Shown: piece after piece, positions 43,125 through 57,364 of the stretch | How positions within the stretch are numbered: position 1 is the first letter of the stretch | Layout of the letters: every line of letters starts with the position of its first letter | DNA from: Eledone cirrhosa | Taxonomy: Eukaryota | Direction: 5' to 3' | NCBI GenBank assembly: GCA_964016885.1 | Contig: OZ024742.1 | Location: forward strand, 51,646,001 to 51,710,000 | Length of the DNA stretch: 64,000 bases | Position numbers and translations under genes: made by a program | Notes under the pieces: model-generated | What the model was told of the DNA's origin: nothing | Database searches by the model: none | What the model saw: the letters and a program-made list of their open reading frames with translations, nothing else

Positions 43125-43127
<3 letters not shown>
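42961..43127 (+). mobile_element. Family N fold-back mini-element (diverged)
   Basis: taggaa...gacggcaaag / ctttgccgtc...ttccta inverted arms, then shared tail. Confidence 0.7.
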
Positions 43128-43203
<76 letters not shown>

Positions 43204-43204
43204 T

Positions 43205-43576
<372 letters not shown>

Positions 43577-43636
43577 GTAGGACACTGGAAGGTAATATCC
43601 GTAGTTGTAGAGCACTCAGTCGATGGGACGAGTTTG

Positions 43637-44177
43637 GTAGAAGTAGTAACACAACAGTTAGTTCACCATACCGAGAACATTTGTTTCACCATACCGGATC
43701 TTCAGCTCGGACTGGTCATGGTTAAACCGAACAGGAAGAACAACCGTATGAAGGCGCATGCGCAGAAACGGTCACTTCACTCAAGCGATACAAAGCCACG
43801 GTCGAAAGTTGTTATGGAGATAACTGCGAAAGTCCGAAAAAGAATACGCAATAGCGATTGCCTAAATTCAAGAAATGAAATCCTCTCAAGTTGTCCACAT
43901 GTCTGAAGAAAGCTCTTACATAACTATAAAGCTCCGGATTAAATAACAACAACATTCTAATTCAGCTCGAACATCTTTTCCGGACTTTCGCAGTTATCTC
44001 TCTTACACCTTTCGCCTGTGGCTTTGTATCGCTTGGGTGAAGTGACCGTTTCTGTGCTTGCCCGTTCATACGGTTGTTCTTCCTGTTCCATGTAACCATG
44101 ACTAGTCCGAGCAGAAGATCCGCTAAGGTGAAACAACTGTTCTCGCTATGGTGAACTAACTGTAGTGTTACTACCTA
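43637..44177. mobile_element. Head-to-head ~200-bp arms each with a minimal hammerhead (43671-43710 -, 44107-44145 +)
   Basis: CCGAG-CTGAAGA-TCCGGtatGGT-GAAA-CAAATG-TT-CTCGG; the other arm has CAGAAGA and CAACTG; arms diverged. Confidence 0.8.
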
Positions 44178-44403
44178 TATATAATTATATATATATATAG
44201 CCTACGACCTCTTTTATACCATAAACCTGGTTCTGTCTTTGCGCGTAATTGTTTTTCACCGCTCCTATTAATGACGTATTATTCGTTTTTTCCCGTTCTT
44301 TGCCAGCGAACGTTTCCACGAACCAAAGTATCGTCTTCCTGTCTTCCTCCGGTTGCAACGTTTTTTGAAATATCCAGTTCTGCGTTTACAGATTGACTTT
44401 GTT

Positions 44404-44454
44404 AGTTTCAGAAGATCCCGTTAAGGGTGAAAGCAGCGATTCTTTGCTTAAACT
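44404..44454 (+). ncRNA. Type I hammerhead with CAGAAGA core in pLTR fragment 44215-44478
   Basis: AGTTT-CAGAAGA-TCCC gttaa GGGT-GAAA-GCAG cgattct TTGC-TT-AAACT. Confidence 0.65.
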
Positions 44455-44473
44455 TTAATCTGTTATTTTAATA

Positions 44474-44506
<33 letters not shown>

Positions 44507-44590
44507 CTGAGATAAGCCGAACAAGTAAAATTCAAACAATCTTTCAAAATAAATTCAAAATATATAATTTAAATATTTACCTATCCAGAT

Positions 44591-44671
44591 TGCTTTTACC
44601 GACGGTTTCGCCTCACAAAAGATTGAAAATCCGAGGGACTTCGAATGGAAAGTTCGGCTCTTCAGAAAGCA
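44591..44671 (-). ncRNA. Hammerhead with expanded loop II
   Basis: TGCTTT-CTGAAGA-GCC [~40 nt] GGC-GAAA-CCGTCGG-TA-AAAGCA; perfect 6-bp stem I, GUA triplet. Confidence 0.8.
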
Positions 44672-44879
44672 TTTTCCCTTACAGAGGACAGAAAGTCCCA
44701 CAGCCGGCAAATATATTGCCTTCAGCCAGCTAGTGCAGGATCGAATGATGGGTGTCTTTGTCAGTGTGTAGAGACTTGCTGGCTGGCGCGGGCAATGGTT
44801 AGTTTATGAAATTGGGCATGTAGATCTGAGGTAGGCTTACCATGGATTATGTGTGCAGGTTTAGTGTCTTTTTACATAC

Positions 44880-45680
44880 ATAGAGTGAGGGTGTCCTACA
44901 GGATAAAGTGGGAAGCATTGGTGGATAAGAAAATCAGGACCATGAATACAGATACTAATGCATCCAAATTCAGAGAACCCCTGAGCAAACTGAGGATGTT
45001 AAGAGAGAGTGAAGATTGTTCAGCTCAGCAGTTTTTGCATCATCTGTTAAATGCTGCGAGCGAAAAAGGCTTAGTGTGGCACCATATGGCGGAAGGACTC
45101 CTTGGTTCCTCTCGAGGAGCCAAAGATGCCATCCAAGCAAAGAAAGATGCTTATAAAGCTTGGATTGGAATTACGTCCTCCTCATTGGACCTGCGGTACA
45201 AGCAGACACTTAGAATTGCAGCAGTGACAGTAAAAGCATCCAAATTTAAGATAAAGGAGGCCTTTGTGGTTAAGGTGGAATCTAACTTCAGATTACCAAA
45301 TAAAGTGTTCTGGAGGACCATCCACCAACTTCGTAATAAGAAGCATTCCTCCACGCCTGATGTCAAGAAGGCGTCTAGGGTTATCCTCTTTTCATAGATG
45401 TACATCCTCGCGAAGTGGAGAGAAAACGTTGCTGATCTTCTAAACCCGATCACAACTGCATCTTCTGCAGAGGCTGGGGTCACAAGTGCATTTAAAGAGT
45501 TCAAATGTGACAAGGCCGCTGGGGACGATGATGTCCGGTGCGAGATCTTAAAAGCCATATATAGAGAAGGTGTTCTCTGTCTGACTCGTTTGTGCCAGTT
45601 GGCCTTGATCTCTGGAAAAGTACCTAAGCTATGGCACTCATCTGTGGTAATCCAAATTTCCAAAAAGAGAGACAAGAGTG
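44880..45680 (+). pseudogene. Decayed RTE-clade LINE (EN-RT linker and RT N-terminus)
   Basis: KDAIQAKKDAYKAW, KVFWRTIHQLR, KAAGDDDVRCEILKA, GKVPKLWHSSVVIQISKK. Confidence 0.8.
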
Positions 45681-47296
45681 ATAAACGTCTTTCAGATCAA
45701 TTCAAACGACTGGTCAGAGAAAATATTAAATGGTTTTATATCCCGTGTCTCTTCTATCTATAAATAGTTACATATGTAGTACTTATGAACTATGATGAAA
45801 AAGAAAATGAATCACAATCTATCGCTTTGAGGAAATGGAACAAAATGATTAAATAACATGCCTCTAGGACAGATTGATCAAAGCTCGCTTGTGATAATCA
45901 ACAAATTGAGGCGAGTTAAATAGTTGCAAAGGGTCGATTTCATGTTTATAACACCAAACGTTTCAAGCAGGTATTTTCGCAGACCTGTAGTTATGTACGT
46001 CTTCAATTAAACTATTCTAATTGTAACAGTATCTGGTATTCAGTGGTTATAAACACGGGGTTCATTCTAATATATTGTCAATTTCCTCAATTCCGAATTT
46101 AGAAACAATTTATATAATTAATAAATATTAATGTTACACTGTGGCACAAGACCCAACATTATTAATACCATATGAACGTAAGCACATAATATTCCTCGCC
46201 AGTGAAGGAGCAGCAACGACATACATAAGATGTGAAAAGTTCATAGGTGTATAGATATAATAATGGGTTATTGAGACATATTACCATCCTTAATAATACA
46301 CTACATAATGTTTTGTAAAGATTTCTACAAGGCCACCAATTTTGGGAAAATGAAATTCTATTATAACGACATATGTTCATGACTGGTACGATAATTTATC
46401 GACACATGAAGGTTCTAATGCAAAGTTCAATTTGGAAGAGGTTGTTCTGAGTAGGTAGAGGGCCGGAACAAGTAGCGCCATGATTTTCTTCTGACATGCT
46501 AACGATTATGATAACTTACTGTATAGGAATGTAATTATTTAAAGACAGAAATATACGTTAATAATGTTTATAAATGTAAATTCTATAAATGTTTGATGTT
46601 TGATCAAAACATACATAAGCAAAAGTAATCATATTTAAATTAGCGTGTGAATATTTTACTGCCACAAGCTGCATAACTCATGAAAGAATCAAAAGGAAAA
46701 TTTATTTAGCATGACGTATATAAATGGAGATATGAATGTATATTAGATTAATACAAATCGTAATAAAGATGTGTCAGTAAATGATATGTTGTTTACTAAG
46801 GAAAGCTTGTTTTTAGTTAGGATTTCAAAACGACAACAATGTTGAAAGATCATATACATCAATTATTGTAGATGAATGCGAACTATTGCAATGAACAAAT
46901 TGTTAAGGGTGTAAGCATTTCTTGCTTGTACATATCATTCCTCCTTAATACACATTGAAACGTTGAAATTCATATACAAAATATGCTATAAGTAAAGGAT
47001 AATAGGTGTCTCATTAAATGATAGTTTTACTTATATTTCAAAGCATAATATATTTACTTATATTTCAAAGTTATAATAAAATGATTCCATTCTATAAAAT
47101 AATTTTCAATTATAACATTGTATTGTCATCTAGTAAAACGAACAGAAACGTTGCCAGCATTTGAAACTATATTCTTAAATCCCGCATGCTAATTTTCTAT
47201 CTTCCCTAGGTACATTTAATAAGTTTGATGAAAGGCCTAGAGAGAATTTCCTTTATAAACACACTCACCCCCACCAACACCCACCCACCCACCCCT

Positions 47297-47370
<74 letters not shown>

Positions 47371-47472
47371 TCAGGTTATCAATAATGTAGTGATAATATA
47401 TCGTTACGTTAGAGATGAACAGCGTACGTGCAGGTTTGCTCAACGAGTATAAATTATATTCCGGAGAAAATG

Positions 47473-48522
47473 TAGAAAGGATGAATATAAAATGAAAGTG
47501 CTTTTGTTAAAAAAGGAATTTATTAGGTATTGACATATGTTTCTGTAACAGACCGAATACCTATGTATCGCTGCTTGCGTAATCATATAATGTTAGCAAG
47601 TATTCGATAGCAAATGTATAATCAGTTGTCACTTCTTCAGAGATTTTGGATAAACTGGATAAAATCAGAAAAATTGAAGTATTTATATTAGTAAAAGAGG
47701 AAGGAACAGAGGGGATAGTATATGACAGATGGTAAATTAATTTACTGCTAAACAAGTATATAATGGGTTTCTAATGAGAATACCATGAGTAAATCTAAAT
47801 AAGAATTTTGGGAGTGCCAATTTTAATCTCTACTTGACCAACTGGACAGTGGACAGGGCTGGTCATTTGGTGCAGCAGTATTAATTATAAAGTGTCAATT
47901 GGGGAAGGGGGAGATTTCGATTGCTACTAAATAACATCAATAGCATTGATGTTATTTAGTAGCAATCGAAATCTCCCCCTTCCCCAATTGACACTTTATA
48001 ATTAATACTGCTGCACCAAATGACCAGCCCTGTCCACTGTCCAGTTGGTCAAGTAGAGATTGATGTTATTTAGTAGCAATCGCACTCTCCCCCTTCCCCA
48101 ATTGACACTTTATAATTAATACTGCTGCACCAAATGACCAGCCCTGTCCACTGTCCAGTTGGTCAAGTAGAGATTAAAATTGGCACTCCCAAAATTCTTA
48201 TTTAGATTTACTCATGGTATTCTCATTAGAAACCCATTATATACTTGTTTAGCAGTAAATTAATTTACCATCTGTCATATACTATCCCCTCTGTTCCTTC
48301 CTCTTTTACTAATATAAATACTTCAATTTTTCTGATTTTATCCAGTTTATCCAAAATCTCTGAAGAAGTGACAACTGATTATAGATTTGCTATCGAATAC
48401 TTGCTAACATTATATGATTACGCAAGCAGCGATACATAGGTATTCGGTCTGTTACAGAAACATATGTCAATACCTAATAAATTCCTTTTTTAACAAAAGC
48501 ACTTTCATTTTATATTCATCCT

Positions 48523-48527
<5 letters not shown>
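47473..48527. mobile_element. ~470-bp near-perfect palindrome with internal ~113-bp tandem duplication; HHR-like 48360-48468 (+) and mirror (-)
   Basis: Centre aacatcaat-agc-attgatgtt at ~47943; CTGAAGA-A-GTGACA [~75 nt] TGTTAC-A-GAAA-CATATG-TC, then AATAAA and (TA)n. Confidence 0.75.
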
Positions 48528-48585
<58 letters not shown>

Positions 48586-49464
48586 GTGGGTTAGTCCTTC
48601 ACTTTCCTCTGTTCGAAACTAATTGAAATTTAAATTAAATCACATAACACATACATATATGCATTCAGAATCCTATACATATTGAAGTGAGTTCATTCTA
48701 ATAAACTAAGGAATGCAGTGCCAGATGCACTACGAACATATTGATGAATTCAAAAATTAGTATTGCTCCTACTTTAGATGTCTTGGTTAATCAGGTGGAA
48801 TGCTGAGGTTTGATATATAATGAACATTTTAGAACAGCGTGGTAAATTCTGTTTGATAATACTGCTATATAATCAAGTATCATTGCACAAGGACGACTAG
48901 CTGGTGACTTAGATGTCAACCAGCTAGCTACGAATTACATCCGAATGTACATTAGATAAACAAATTCCTGCTTATGATGTAGTTCCATCTACACCTTACT
49001 ACAATGCAGCGATAGATTTCTCCACGTTGGCCGCAAGAGATAGTAGAAATGGAAATGTTCCTGGTGAATATGTTTTCAAAAGTATTTATTCAATATCATA
49101 CTTCCCGATTTTGAATTCCATTTCGCCGCGCTTTCACATTTAAATAATATATTGTATCTCTGATACAATAATTCATTTCAGATGTCATGGTGTTCTGAAT
49201 ATGCTACCTCAGATCAGTTGAGGTGTCTTGCCAATTTTGTTGCGAAATATGTGTGTGTGCGTGAGTATAGGTTTATATAGATTTACGAAGCTAGTCGAAG
49301 AGAATCGGTACAACTGTGACTGTCTCCTTCATCAATGAATAATATAATCATGTCCTTATTAATAGAAACCCATTACTCAAGAGTGCACACATAAATTAAT
49401 CAGGAAAATAAATGATTTCGTGTCGTTAATGACATTAGTTTATCAAATATACACGGTCAATTGC

Positions 49465-49518
<54 letters not shown>

Positions 49519-49525
<7 letters not shown>

Positions 49526-52372
49526 AAGAATCAAAGAACTGTTCAAAACATTATTGTGCTTACAGCTGTTTCCTCCAAACCGAGGTTTGGATTCTTCGGA
49601 GCAATTTATTAACGCATGGACAGTTATATGACCTCCTTTTCAGCCAAGAGACATACCGATACATATGCAAATATTGTGGGTCAACATTCATTACAGAATT
49701 TAGAGTGGCAGTACACACTTCGAGATTACATTCATATTAAGAGGTACAATCAAAAATCAAAAATACAGGTTAAAATACAACATGAAGATAAGCGGTTATA
49801 TAGTGCAAATGTTATATGTGTGGCAAGCATGTGCGTCTTGTTTATATAGTGTGGCAGAGAGATATGTGTGGTAGAGGCACTTAGGTAGGTAAACAAGAGT
49901 GTTAGGTTGGTAGATCTGGTGGCAAATTCTTTATATGATTGATATTGTCTGTGTGTGGAGAAATGTTATAAGCATTAAAAATAGTGCAAGCATTAAAAGT
50001 GTTAAAAGTATTGGAGATGCACAGCGAAGGGATGTCAAGTATTTCATGTACTTTGACATTTTCATGGTCAGGGGAGTGTATTTTTCGATTATATGCCCCT
50101 CACATAATCCACGACAATTCGATATTGAGCGTTTGACAATCCAGTTAGAGAATCGTATTCTGATGTTCTTTAGTTCAATACAGGAGGCTGTTACGTTTCG
50201 AGAAACGACATTGAATACCACCCGGAAGTGTGTGTGTGGCTAAGGGGAGTTAATGCATGCGGGGAGGTAACTCCGGGGTTTCTATACCTAGCTATTAAAA
50301 TGTGTCACAATATAGACCCTAATTTCTATGGTGATGCGCATCCTCCAAAAAATTCTTAAAGCATAAAGTGTATTAACTATAGAGTAGTTTAATTAAGTTA
50401 TGCTGAAGGTGTTCATATTATTATGGTGGATTAACCCCATCGTAAGGTGCCACAAATGGATAATGAGCGAGGATTCTAAATTAATGATCTCTGTGGTTGT
50501 AGTCTACTCATAGGACCAGGCGCGGTGATTGCAGGATTGCTTCAGGACCCAATGATCTCTGGTAATTTCTGGGTCATCGCTTGCTACATTGGATGTCGAA
50601 AGATAATCATCTCCAGGCCGGCCAGAGGTCAATCCGCAGTCCTCACGACCCCTCTCTGACCGCCAGATCATCCATATATGTACAACCCGCACGCCAGTTA
50701 CAATGCATTCACTCACTGCGCTCAGCATCCTGGTCCTACTGCTCAACAGCGTTACTAGATTAAATCGTTTTTCATCTGTCTAAGGAAGGTGCTTCCTCCG
50801 CACAACACTATCAAACCGATCAATTCATGCTTAAATTACCTATAGAGCGGTGTAGTGCAGTTCAAGTGGGTGGATGTTGTCACACCTGACGTAGAGGTAT
50901 AAATGGGTATTCTCCCTGCGAAGGATTCCAGAGGGATGTCGTTGTTTGTGTTATATTAGATCAGTTAGTGTTGGGTATGTAGTATAAGGTGTGCCTCTGG
51001 TGTTTGATGCTAGATGTGGTGTTAGGTTCCAGTCCGACATTGCTATATATTGGGCTTAAAGTTTTGGAAGGAATGTCTGAAGCGGTGCTGGCAAGTTGCA
51101 AACACCTCAGATTTTTTGTTAAGTAGGTTACGGTTGGAGAAGATAATATTGTGTGTCTCTAGTATACAGAGGTTACAAAATTTATTAGGTGGTTTGTACG
51201 AGGTCGCGCTGCCTATCACTTCCCATTTGAGTGTGTATGGTTTATTTTTAGTTTTTAGATAGTGTATGTAGCTAGAAAGTGAGGTGGAGTTGGCTAGGCT
51301 GTGCTTTTTGAACGAGTGGATGTGCGAATTATATCTGATTTTGAAGCAGTTAGAAATGGAGCCTACATAGGTTTCTGAAGAGTTGCTAGTCGTGACGGTG
51401 CATGAGTATATGATATCCTTGGTTAGACATTTTTTTATCTAAAGGGCAGGTTCTATTAGCTCTACAGTTACAATTATCCTGTGCGTTAGTCTGCTGGTTA
51501 TAATGCAGTGCGGAAGTCTGTGTGGTAGCTATAGGATTTTAGGCGTTCGGGTTGTCAACCCTGGTGTTATTACTTATACTAGTGTTATTTCTATTGTTAC
51601 TGCCGTTGCTATGGTTGCTTGCTACAGAGGTATTTAGAGGGTTTGCATCCTGTTGTGATTTTGTTTGTTGGGAGTAAGAATTAATTTTACTATTATTGCT
51701 GCTAGCTATGTGGTATGCTAAGTTAGGCGTCGTAGAGTATGAGATGTTAATGGTGTTTTTGTTTAAGAGGTTGTGGTACTTGTGTCCTAGAGGGAAGTTT
51801 TTATCTAGTAGTGAGAAGAAAGCCCTAGGTATGTTGGTGGAGACATTTAGGTTGAAAGGAGGGTTGAAAAATGTATTATTTCTTCTTCTATTTTTGCTTT
51901 TAGTGTTTGGTGTGTTGCTTCTTCCTAAGGCACCACAGTAGTTTCCATGGTAATGGTTACTTCCGGTGGCGGCCTCCGCTTTGGTGTACTTGTGGTTGCT
52001 ATTCCTATTATTAGGTTTCCTCATGGACATGTTGTGCCAGATGATGTTGTAGCTATGTGTTTTCTTAGGTAGGAACTCAATTTCTATATTATGGCCGGAG
52101 CTAGCTAATGCTTGATTGTAATATTGTGAGTTTTTGCTAAATATGTTTGCGTCATAGGACAGACTAGAGATTCTATTGGACACCCCCTTAGAGATAGAGT
52201 TTAATATTGATCTAGGGTGATTAGACTTGGTATCTACATAAATAAGTTTCTCGTTAGGCTTATGGAAAGGTGTATATATTTTTGAGTCTAGGTATAGTGT
52301 GGTGTCTAGGAAGTTAACATTTTTAGTGTTTTTGTCCATGGTGATACTAAGGTTAAAGTTTTTGAATGTCTT
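49519..52372 (-). mobile_element. 5'-truncated Penelope-like element (probably Nematis-type) with long 3' region
   Basis: ORF 51539-52411 (FLDTTL, FHKPNE, SNHP, FFNPPFN, INISYSTTPNL); frameshifted GIY-YIG at ~51050-51480 (IYSCTV, TYVGS, CNLCILE, LLNKKSE); HHR at 3' end. Confidence 0.88.
49556..49604 (-). ncRNA. Minimal hammerhead at PLE 3' end
   Basis: GCT-CCGAAGA-A TCCAAAC ctcg GTTTGGA G-GAAA-CAGCTG-TA-AGC (U4C). Confidence 0.7.
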
Positions 52373-52382
52373 ATATATATAT

Positions 52383-53143
52383 ATACAAATATAGATTAGC
52401 GAGAATCGCATTTCGGCTATTGGAAATTAGCGAAAAACTACTTTCGAATTGTGTGGCAAGCGCTCAATAGATACGAGTGAACTGGAGCAATAAATTTACG
52501 TTTATAAGGCCAAACACACTGAGACGATGGTTAAACCATTAACCGCAAAGTCATAGAAGCGAGCAAGCTCTTCGGGTCAAACAAATAATAAAATATGATT
52601 GAAAAATTTACCCGGCCCCAGCGGAAACGGTGATAAAATCCAATATGGGTTTTCTGCAACTCCTAAATCAAGTACTATCTGCTTAAACAAATAATGCTAA
52701 GCTTTTGGTATGATGATCGAACAAGGAAGTCACTTTTTCAACAGGCATTTTGTTCTATGCCAAGCTAAGGAACTGACCGTGATCTGAACACACGTGCGGA
52801 CTCAGAAGGGAGAGAACCCCTAGTTTTGGCGGATGAATTCAGTATGTGTGGTTATCACAAAATTGCAAAATATCACAAAACGAATTAAGCTCTCGACAGA
52901 ATAGTTTTTAAAATTAACATAAGCTATTAATCAGTCAATAGAATTAACTAAAAAAATCAAAGAAAGTAACTGGCTAATAGCTAGACTCTGGAGATTAATA
53001 CAAATATAGATTAGCGAGAATCGCATTTCGGCTATTGGAAATTAGCGAAAAACAACTCCCGAATTGTGTGGCAAGCACTCAATAGATACGAGTGAACTAG
53101 AGCAATAAACTTACGTTAAAAAGGCCAAACACACTGAGACGAT
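52383..53143. repeat. ~615-bp unit with ~145-bp terminal direct repeat
   Basis: 52383-52528 recurs at ~52998-53143 with scattered differences. Confidence 0.8.
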
Positions 53144-53912
53144 GTGCGCGCGCATCCCACTTCCCTCCACTTCCGACCACCACCAACATTGGATTCTACA
53201 CCACCGGGCACTTCTCCAGCCATCCACTCCATAACATGGAGAATATCCAGCACTTCTTCTCACACTCGATGGAACTATCTCAGGAACTTACCAACGAACA
53301 TACACTCACATTGTTTTTCGCACCACGCCACCCACATCCACAAAACATATAAACACAAACACACACGTGCATACCCCCACATATACATACTCAAACCCCG
53401 GAATCCACACGCCACCTCCCCCAACCCTGACCCCCTCCTGCCACACGCACGCACACCCCCACGTACACCCTCCCCCCACGCACACATCTTTTCCTGAACA
53501 TGGAACCTCGTCCTTCTTCTCACATACAAACACACACACACTCACGTACACCTACACACATACACAAACACCACCTTCAGCCTTCCCCGCTTCGACCCCC
53601 CGCCTCCCTCGCCCAACTCCACCCGCTACCACCCTTACACGCCTCACACCCTTACATCATCACTTGCTCATCTTATTGTTTATTCCTATGTTTATTTTTA
53701 CGTTTATTTTTGATTTTATGCTTATTTGTTCGCCTTCCCCTTTTTTCTAAATGTATTTCCACACACCCTCGGAACTCTCTTCCTAACCTATTTATCCTGA
53801 AGAAGGGCCTATGCCCGAAAGGCCCCCCCCCCATCCACCACTCTTAAGAGCGTGGCCCTAATAAACCTTTATTTGTCTGCCTGTCTGTTTTGTTCCCGTC
53901 TAAATTTGCACT
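53144..53912 (+). mobile_element. PLE-type 3' end with partial HHR (53797-53820)
   Basis: CTGAAGA-A GGGC ctat GCCC-GAAA, then AATAAA and (TA)n; stem III not recognisable. Confidence 0.5.
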
Positions 53913-53936
53913 ATATATATATATATATATATATAT

Positions 53937-54112
53937 AGCAAAGCAGGTGTGGTAAGATACCATGTGGACCATAACACACGAGAGTACTCGATACGTATGG
54001 TAGTAGAGTGGGTAATTGGAAAAGAGTCAGGATCCCGACAACTGAGCTCCGGCCGTTTCGACAGCTAGATCCAAACGGAGCTCCGCCGTCGGGGTCCTGA
54101 CTCTTTTCTTAT
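53937..54112 (-). mobile_element. Family N fold-back mini-element
   Basis: gaaaagagtcaggatcccgac / gtcggggtcctgactcttttc arms. Confidence 0.7.
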
Positions 54113-54186
54113 ACACACACACACTTATATATATATATATATATAGTAGGGGAGAGAGAAATAGATAGATATTTATATATAGGGAT

Positions 54187-54378
54187 TAATAATTGTTTCT
54201 ACTTTAGGCACAAGGCCAGCAATTACCCAGTGCATTACTGGTACTTTATTTTATCGACCCCGTAAGGATGAAAGGCAAAGTCAATCTCGGCGGAATTTGA
54301 ACTCAGATCGTAAAGGGACGTAACTATGCTAGAAAGCATGGTGTCCATGCCCTCTACCGATACTGCCAATTCACCGCC
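54187..54378 (-). mobile_element. Full-length SINE with 19-bp TSD
   Basis: atatatagggattaataat at ~54175 and ~54379. Confidence 0.9.
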
Positions 54379-54654
54379 ATATATAGGGATTAATAATCGA
54401 CACAAATAAGGTACCGTGTAACCTATAAGAACTTAATGATCGAAACAAATCGGAATTTATTTTGGGGAAAAACTGGTATATAATTACGGAAACAAATAAG
54501 ACAAATTATAGTCGTTAATTAATCCCGTTTTCGATGGTTTCAGATGGATTCTGAAATTATCGTAAAAGAATGTATTGATTAACAACAAAACTTGTCTTGT
54601 TTCATTGTTCAACATTATGTATACCCACACACACATGCGCATAGCCCCCCCCCC

Positions 54655-54693
<39 letters not shown>

Positions 54694-55745
54694 GGGGTGT
54701 GTGCGTGTGTGCATGTGGGAATGCGTGGGTGTAAATGTGTGTGTAAGTGTGTGTGTAAGTGTGTGTGTGTATGTGTATACGTCATCCAATCCATGGACGG
54801 CGCTAGTAACATATCAGATTTTCTATGAGCATGGTTCCTCCCCTCCCTGTCAAAACCTTCTCCCCATTTGCTTAATAGAGAGGTTGTGGAGTCTGATCAA
54901 CCCGTATACTAACGTAGATAGCTGAATAAATGAAGATAGAGATTGAGAGGGAAAGAGAGAGTGAAAAAAAGAATAACGAGTGACAGATAACAATCTCCCC
55001 CTCCAGTGGTACTTTATTGACCACTGAAGTAAAAAAAGGAAACGTATATAAAGATGGGTTTCAATTTATCACAAACAGAATCGAACCAATTTCCAACAAG
55101 CTTTCCAACTGATGTTCGAAGAAAACTGCCAGTTCGCCACTTATCCTGAATACAGACATTGATATTACTAGTATAGTTAAAAATAAGTGAGATATTCCAA
55201 AATATCATTCGATGCTTTTGACCGAAAGGGTTGCGACACGCGTAGATATATAATAAGTGATAAGAAAAAGAATGAAATGATATCTCATAATACATAATCT
55301 GCCAGATTACAGTCCAACATATAATAAGATCCAAAAATCCAATTTTGAACACACGACATGAACACAAAATTTGTCCTAAAATAAACCATAAATAATATAG
55401 TATATTATATGAAGCAAACTTCTTTTCTTATAGTATATATATAATACATTATTTGAAGCTAGCGTGCGAAGCTTCTATATTTTTATATGAGGAAGTATAT
55501 TCAGATTATTTTTGCATTATGTCAGCTGTAATCTGTATCAATGTAGTGTATTTCTTAAATTCTGCTCACAAGTCCACAAGACGTTTCTCGCGTTAAATCA
55601 TCTCTGAGCAGCTGCTTCACGTCTCCAGTGAAACGTTGATTGCAGGATTGATCAATGAGTGATATTCGGTGGAATCTTGTCAACTGACATCACGTATGCA
55701 TCTAATGCTGACACTAGTATTTCACGTTGTAAACGATAAAGTAAC

Positions 55746-55938
55746 ATTAATAATTGTTTATACGTTAGGCACAAGGCCAGCAAATACTCAGTGTATTACT
55801 GGTACTTTATTTTATCGACCCCGTAAGGCTGATAGGCCAAGTTAACCTCGGCGAGATTTGAACTCAGAATGGCAAGGGCCGTAACTCTATGCATCAAAGC
55901 ATGGCGTCCGACCCTCTACCGATACTGCCAATCCACCG
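55746..55938 (-). mobile_element. tRNA-derived SINE
   Basis: Reverse complement of the family consensus. Confidence 0.85.
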
Positions 55939-56391
55939 CAATAATACCTTAGAAACAGTGAATCGAAGAAAGCCGACTAAGAAACCAATAAAATATTCAA
56001 ATGTGTTTGTAAACAAGGAAATTGCCAGCTGCAAAATGTCCATTGTTATGCTGAGTCAATGGATACAATAATATCCCACAGCCGTGTAACCTTCTACAAA
56101 ACGATACAAATGCACAATATTAAATTAGGCATTTAAAATTAACATTGAAAGACAAATGGTAGAAATCAATAAAGCATAGTATTTTGACAAAATAGAATAA
56201 CTTTTCATGGAATGTCTGAAGGATTGAACTAAATCACATGCATAGAACCATCTTTAAGAACACATTAGATATAGTGGTCCTAGAAGCCGTAAACAATAAC
56301 GAGTGTGGCGTCTTCTATCATAGGTCAAGTTGACAAGAGATGCAGGAGACTAAACGTCAGCGTCAACTATATTTTGTTTATATTATATGCA

Positions 56392-56471
<80 letters not shown>

Positions 56472-56476
56472 CGCGT

Positions 56477-56603
<127 letters not shown>

Positions 56604-56893
56604 CCTGCGCGCATGTGTGTGTGTGTTTATGTATTTATATATAGTTGAACATTATTATTTTTTATTAGTTCGATTCTACGTATTTGTTGTCTATGTAACT
56701 GCCTCGGTTGAGATTTTGGGCGCAATTTCCATCTTGTTTGAATTAACAGCCAAATGTGTGCTTTGATCTAGTGACGCAATCTGACTACCTTTATCTTTAC
56801 AAGGTCACATGATGCTGCCAGAGCTAGAGCTTACTATTGGTAGCACGCAAATTCGTTGATCCACTATGTAACGTAATGTGTCCGCTCTGATAC

Positions 56894-57067
56894 ATATTCG
56901 TATTTGCAACACACAATGTCCGTAAGCGATTCTTTGCATACACTTTAATGTTATTTTCATAAATATTTGCTTTACGGTTTTTATATATTTATATATATAT
57001 ATATATTTATATATAGTCCTTATCGAAACTCTTTGGATTTTAGTCTTAACATTTATTATTATTACTA

Positions 57068-57121
<54 letters not shown>

Positions 57122-57170
57122 TAGTAATAATAATAAATGTGAAGACTAAAATCCAAAGAGTTTCGATAAG

Positions 57171-57205
<35 letters not shown>

Positions 57206-57294
57206 TATAAAAACCGTAAAGCAAATATTTATGAAAATAACATTAAAGTGTATGCAAAGAATCGCTTACGGACATTGTGTGTTACAAATACGAA

Positions 57295-57298
<4 letters not shown>
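56894..57298. repeat. Tail-to-tail inverted pair of pLTR-like 3' ends around (TA)n
   Basis: 56894-57072 is the reverse complement of 57116-57298; tail homologous to 43275-43405. Confidence 0.8.

Positions 57299-57364
<66 letters not shown>

Noticed and set aside
43901-43940. CTGAAGA-AAGC...GCT
   Set aside because: No GAAA or stem III follows.
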